A DNA stretch of 64,000 bases, taken from positions 10,620-74,619 of the forward strand of contig JAVKHQ010000014.1 of assembly GCA_031459875.1 (NCBI GenBank). Direction: 5' to 3'. Every line of letters starts with the position of its first letter. The first letter of the stretch is position 1. This DNA comes from Candidatus Fervidifonticultor sextus. GTDB taxonomy: Bacteria; Sysuimicrobiota; Sysuimicrobiia; Sysuimicrobiales; Humicultoraceae. The position numbers and the translations under genes are program-made. The notes under the pieces were generated by a model, which had not been told where the DNA came from, ran no database searches, and saw only the letters and a list, made by a program, of their open reading frames with translations. Shown one piece after another: positions 62,232 through 64,000 of the stretch.

Positions 62232-63131
62232 ATGAGGCGGGTGTGGGTCTCTCTGACTGCAGTCGTTGTGATGCTGTTGATCGGAGCGTCATCAGGGGAG
62301 GCAGCCGGCGAGGGCGGCAAACTCACGATCCGGGTCGGCTCCAAGAACTTCACCGAGCAGTTCATCCTGGCCGAGATGTACGCGCAGGCGCTGGAAGCGA
62401 AGGGCTACCGGGTCGAGCGCTTTATCAATCTCGGGGGCACGCTTATCGCTCACCAGGCGGTCGTCAGCGGGAAGATCGACGTGTATCCCGAGTATACGGG
62501 CACGGCCCTGGCCGCGGTGGTAAAAGGCACGCTCATCGCGGATCCGGAGGCGGTCTACCGGCAGGTGAAGGAATACAACGAACGGCACCTGGGCCTCACA
62601 CTGCTGGCGATGTCCAGGATGAACAACGGGTATGTGCTGGTGGTCCTGCCCGAGACCGCCGTCAGGTACAGGCTCAAGACCATGTCAGATCTGGCGAGGG
62701 TCTCCAGGCAGCTCGTGCTGGGTGCTGGTCCGGAATGGGCCGACCGCGAGGACGGCGTACCCGGTCTCAGGAAAGTCTACGGCATGGAGTTCAGGGAATT
62801 CCGGCCCATGATCACGGCGCTGAAGTACCAGGCCCTGCGCGAGCGCCAGGTGGATGTGATCAACGGTTTTACCACCGACGGACAGATCACGGCCATGAAG
62901 CTAGTCCGCCTGACTGACGACAGGAACTTCTGGCCCCCCTACCGCGTGGCCCCGGTCATTCGTAGAGAACTGGCGCGGAACTATCCGGGGATCGTCCAGG
63001 TCCTCAACGGCGTCACCGCGCTGCTGACCGATGAGAGCCAGTCCGAGCTCAACTGGCGCGTGGACGGTCTGAAGGAGGAACCGCGAGACGTGGCACGGGA
63101 GTTCCTCAGAAGACACGGTCTGGTCAGGTAA
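62232..63131 (+). CDS. Glycine betaine/osmoprotectant ABC substrate-binding protein (OpuCC/OsmX-like)
   Basis: VGSKNFTEQ.IL, YPEYTGT, R.DG..GL...YG, TTDG, DDR.F.PPY. Confidence 0.92.
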   Translation: MRRVWVSLTAVVVMLLIGASSGEAAGEGGKLTIRVGSKNFTEQFILAEMYAQALEAKGYRVERFINLGGTLIAHQAVVSGKIDVYPEYTGTALAAVVKGTLIADPEAVYRQVKEYNERHLGLTLLAMSRMNNGYVLVVLPETAVRYRLKTMSDLARVSRQLVLGAGPEWADREDGVPGLRKVYGMEFREFRPMITALKYQALRERQVDVINGFTTDGQITAMKLVRLTDDRNFWPPYRVAPVIRRELARNYPGIVQVLNGVTALLTDESQSELNWRVDGLKEEPRDVAREFLRRHGLVR

Positions 63132-63135
63132 AGAG

Positions 63136-63792
63136 GTGCCCGTCCTGTTCGAGGCGTGGGGTTACGCCCTCCGCCATCAGGATCGATTCTGGCGGGCGGT
63201 GGCCATCCATGCTGAACTCAGCCTGCTGGCCCTGGCTGCCGCCGCCCTGCTGGCTATCGGGACGGGCATCCTGCTTTCCCGTCACCGGCGCGCGGCGTTC
63301 GTCGTCGTCAACGCGGCGGCCATGGGCCGGACGATCCCGGTCCTGGCCATCCTGGCCCTGCTGCTGCCTGTCCTGGGCATCGGGTTCAGGCCGGCCCTGG
63401 TCGCCCTGATCCTCATCGCCGTCCCGCCGATTCTGATCAACACCTATGTGGGGCTGACCGAAGTGGACCCCGCTGCCATCGAGGCGGCGCTCGGCATGGG
63501 GATGGCATCCCGGGACCTGCTCTGGAGGATCGAGCTACCCCTGGTCGCCCCCGTGATCTTTGCCGGCCTGCGCACTTCGGCGGTGAACGTGGTGGCCAGC
63601 GCGACGCTGGCGACGTTCATCGGGGCCGGCGGGCTCGGCGACTTCATCCAGGCCGGGATCGCCCTGAACGATGCGGCGCAGCTCCTGGTGGGGGCCGTCC
63701 CCGTGGCCGCGGGCGCCGTGCTCGTCGACTGGGGGTTCGGGGCGCTGGAGCACCTGCTGACACCCAGGGGTTTGCGGCTCGAGGCCGCGTGA
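63136..63792 (+). CDS. Osmoprotectant ABC permease
   Basis: TIP.LA.L, PPILINTY.G, A.GMG, ELPL, IGAGGLG. Confidence 0.92.
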   Translation: MPVLFEAWGYALRHQDRFWRAVAIHAELSLLALAAAALLAIGTGILLSRHRRAAFVVVNAAAMGRTIPVLAILALLLPVLGIGFRPALVALILIAVPPILINTYVGLTEVDPAAIEAALGMGMASRDLLWRIELPLVAPVIFAGLRTSAVNVVASATLATFIGAGGLGDFIQAGIALNDAAQLLVGAVPVAAGAVLVDWGFGALEHLLTPRGLRLEAA

Positions 63793-64000
63793 TGCGATTG
63801 GGCAAGACGACGATCGGGAAGATGGCCGCCCGCCGGATCGTGGATCAGCCTCACTCCCGCAATGTCCTGGCAGTGGAATTCCGTAGCGGTCCCTGTCAAG
63901 CCATTTGTGATTGTTACCCAACCCGGTATCATCGCGCCATCTACGGTGTTACCGGGGCAAGGGGGGAGGAGAGGATACCCCTGCCTTTCGTCCCGCTGCC

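Noticed and set aside
63793..64000. Opu ATPase or other gene after the last permease
   Set aside because: No Walker motifs or convincing ORF before the window ends.

Overview
High-GC bacterial chromosomal window spanning the replication origin. It holds trxB/trxA, a lexA operon with two SOS-like boxes, and a long minus-strand run (rpmH-rnpA-yidD-yidC-jag-rsmG-parA-parB-HD-DUF554-DUF4446-PRT-gcvT-H-PA-PB-threonine dehydratase). A split oriC follows: a DnaA-box array upstream, and tandem boxes plus an AT-rich unwinding element between dnaA and dnaN. Next come dnaA-dnaN-yaaA-recF-dciA-remB-gyrB-gyrA, a shikimate operon, several ABC importers (two Dpp/Opp, Ugp, Liv, Opu) and a MoxR-DUF58-DUF4129 cluster. 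The origin synteny is Bacillota-like but GC is high, so a Terrabacteria lineage such as Armatimonadota or a related candidate phylum is plausible (inference only). The most notable items are: (1) a GHKL-ATPase/winged-helix gene inside the origin, between the DnaA-box array and dnaA; (2) a translationally coupled lexA / 35-aa membrane peptide / degenerate RNase H-like operon under CGAAC-N4-GTACG boxes; (3) a gyrase differing at four quinolone-resistance positions; (4) two genes that appear to need non-canonical (CTG) starts; (5) four ABC importers lacking an ATPase gene. No rRNA, tRNA, CRISPR array or intact mobile element was seen. All family calls come from motif recognition by eye, not database searches.
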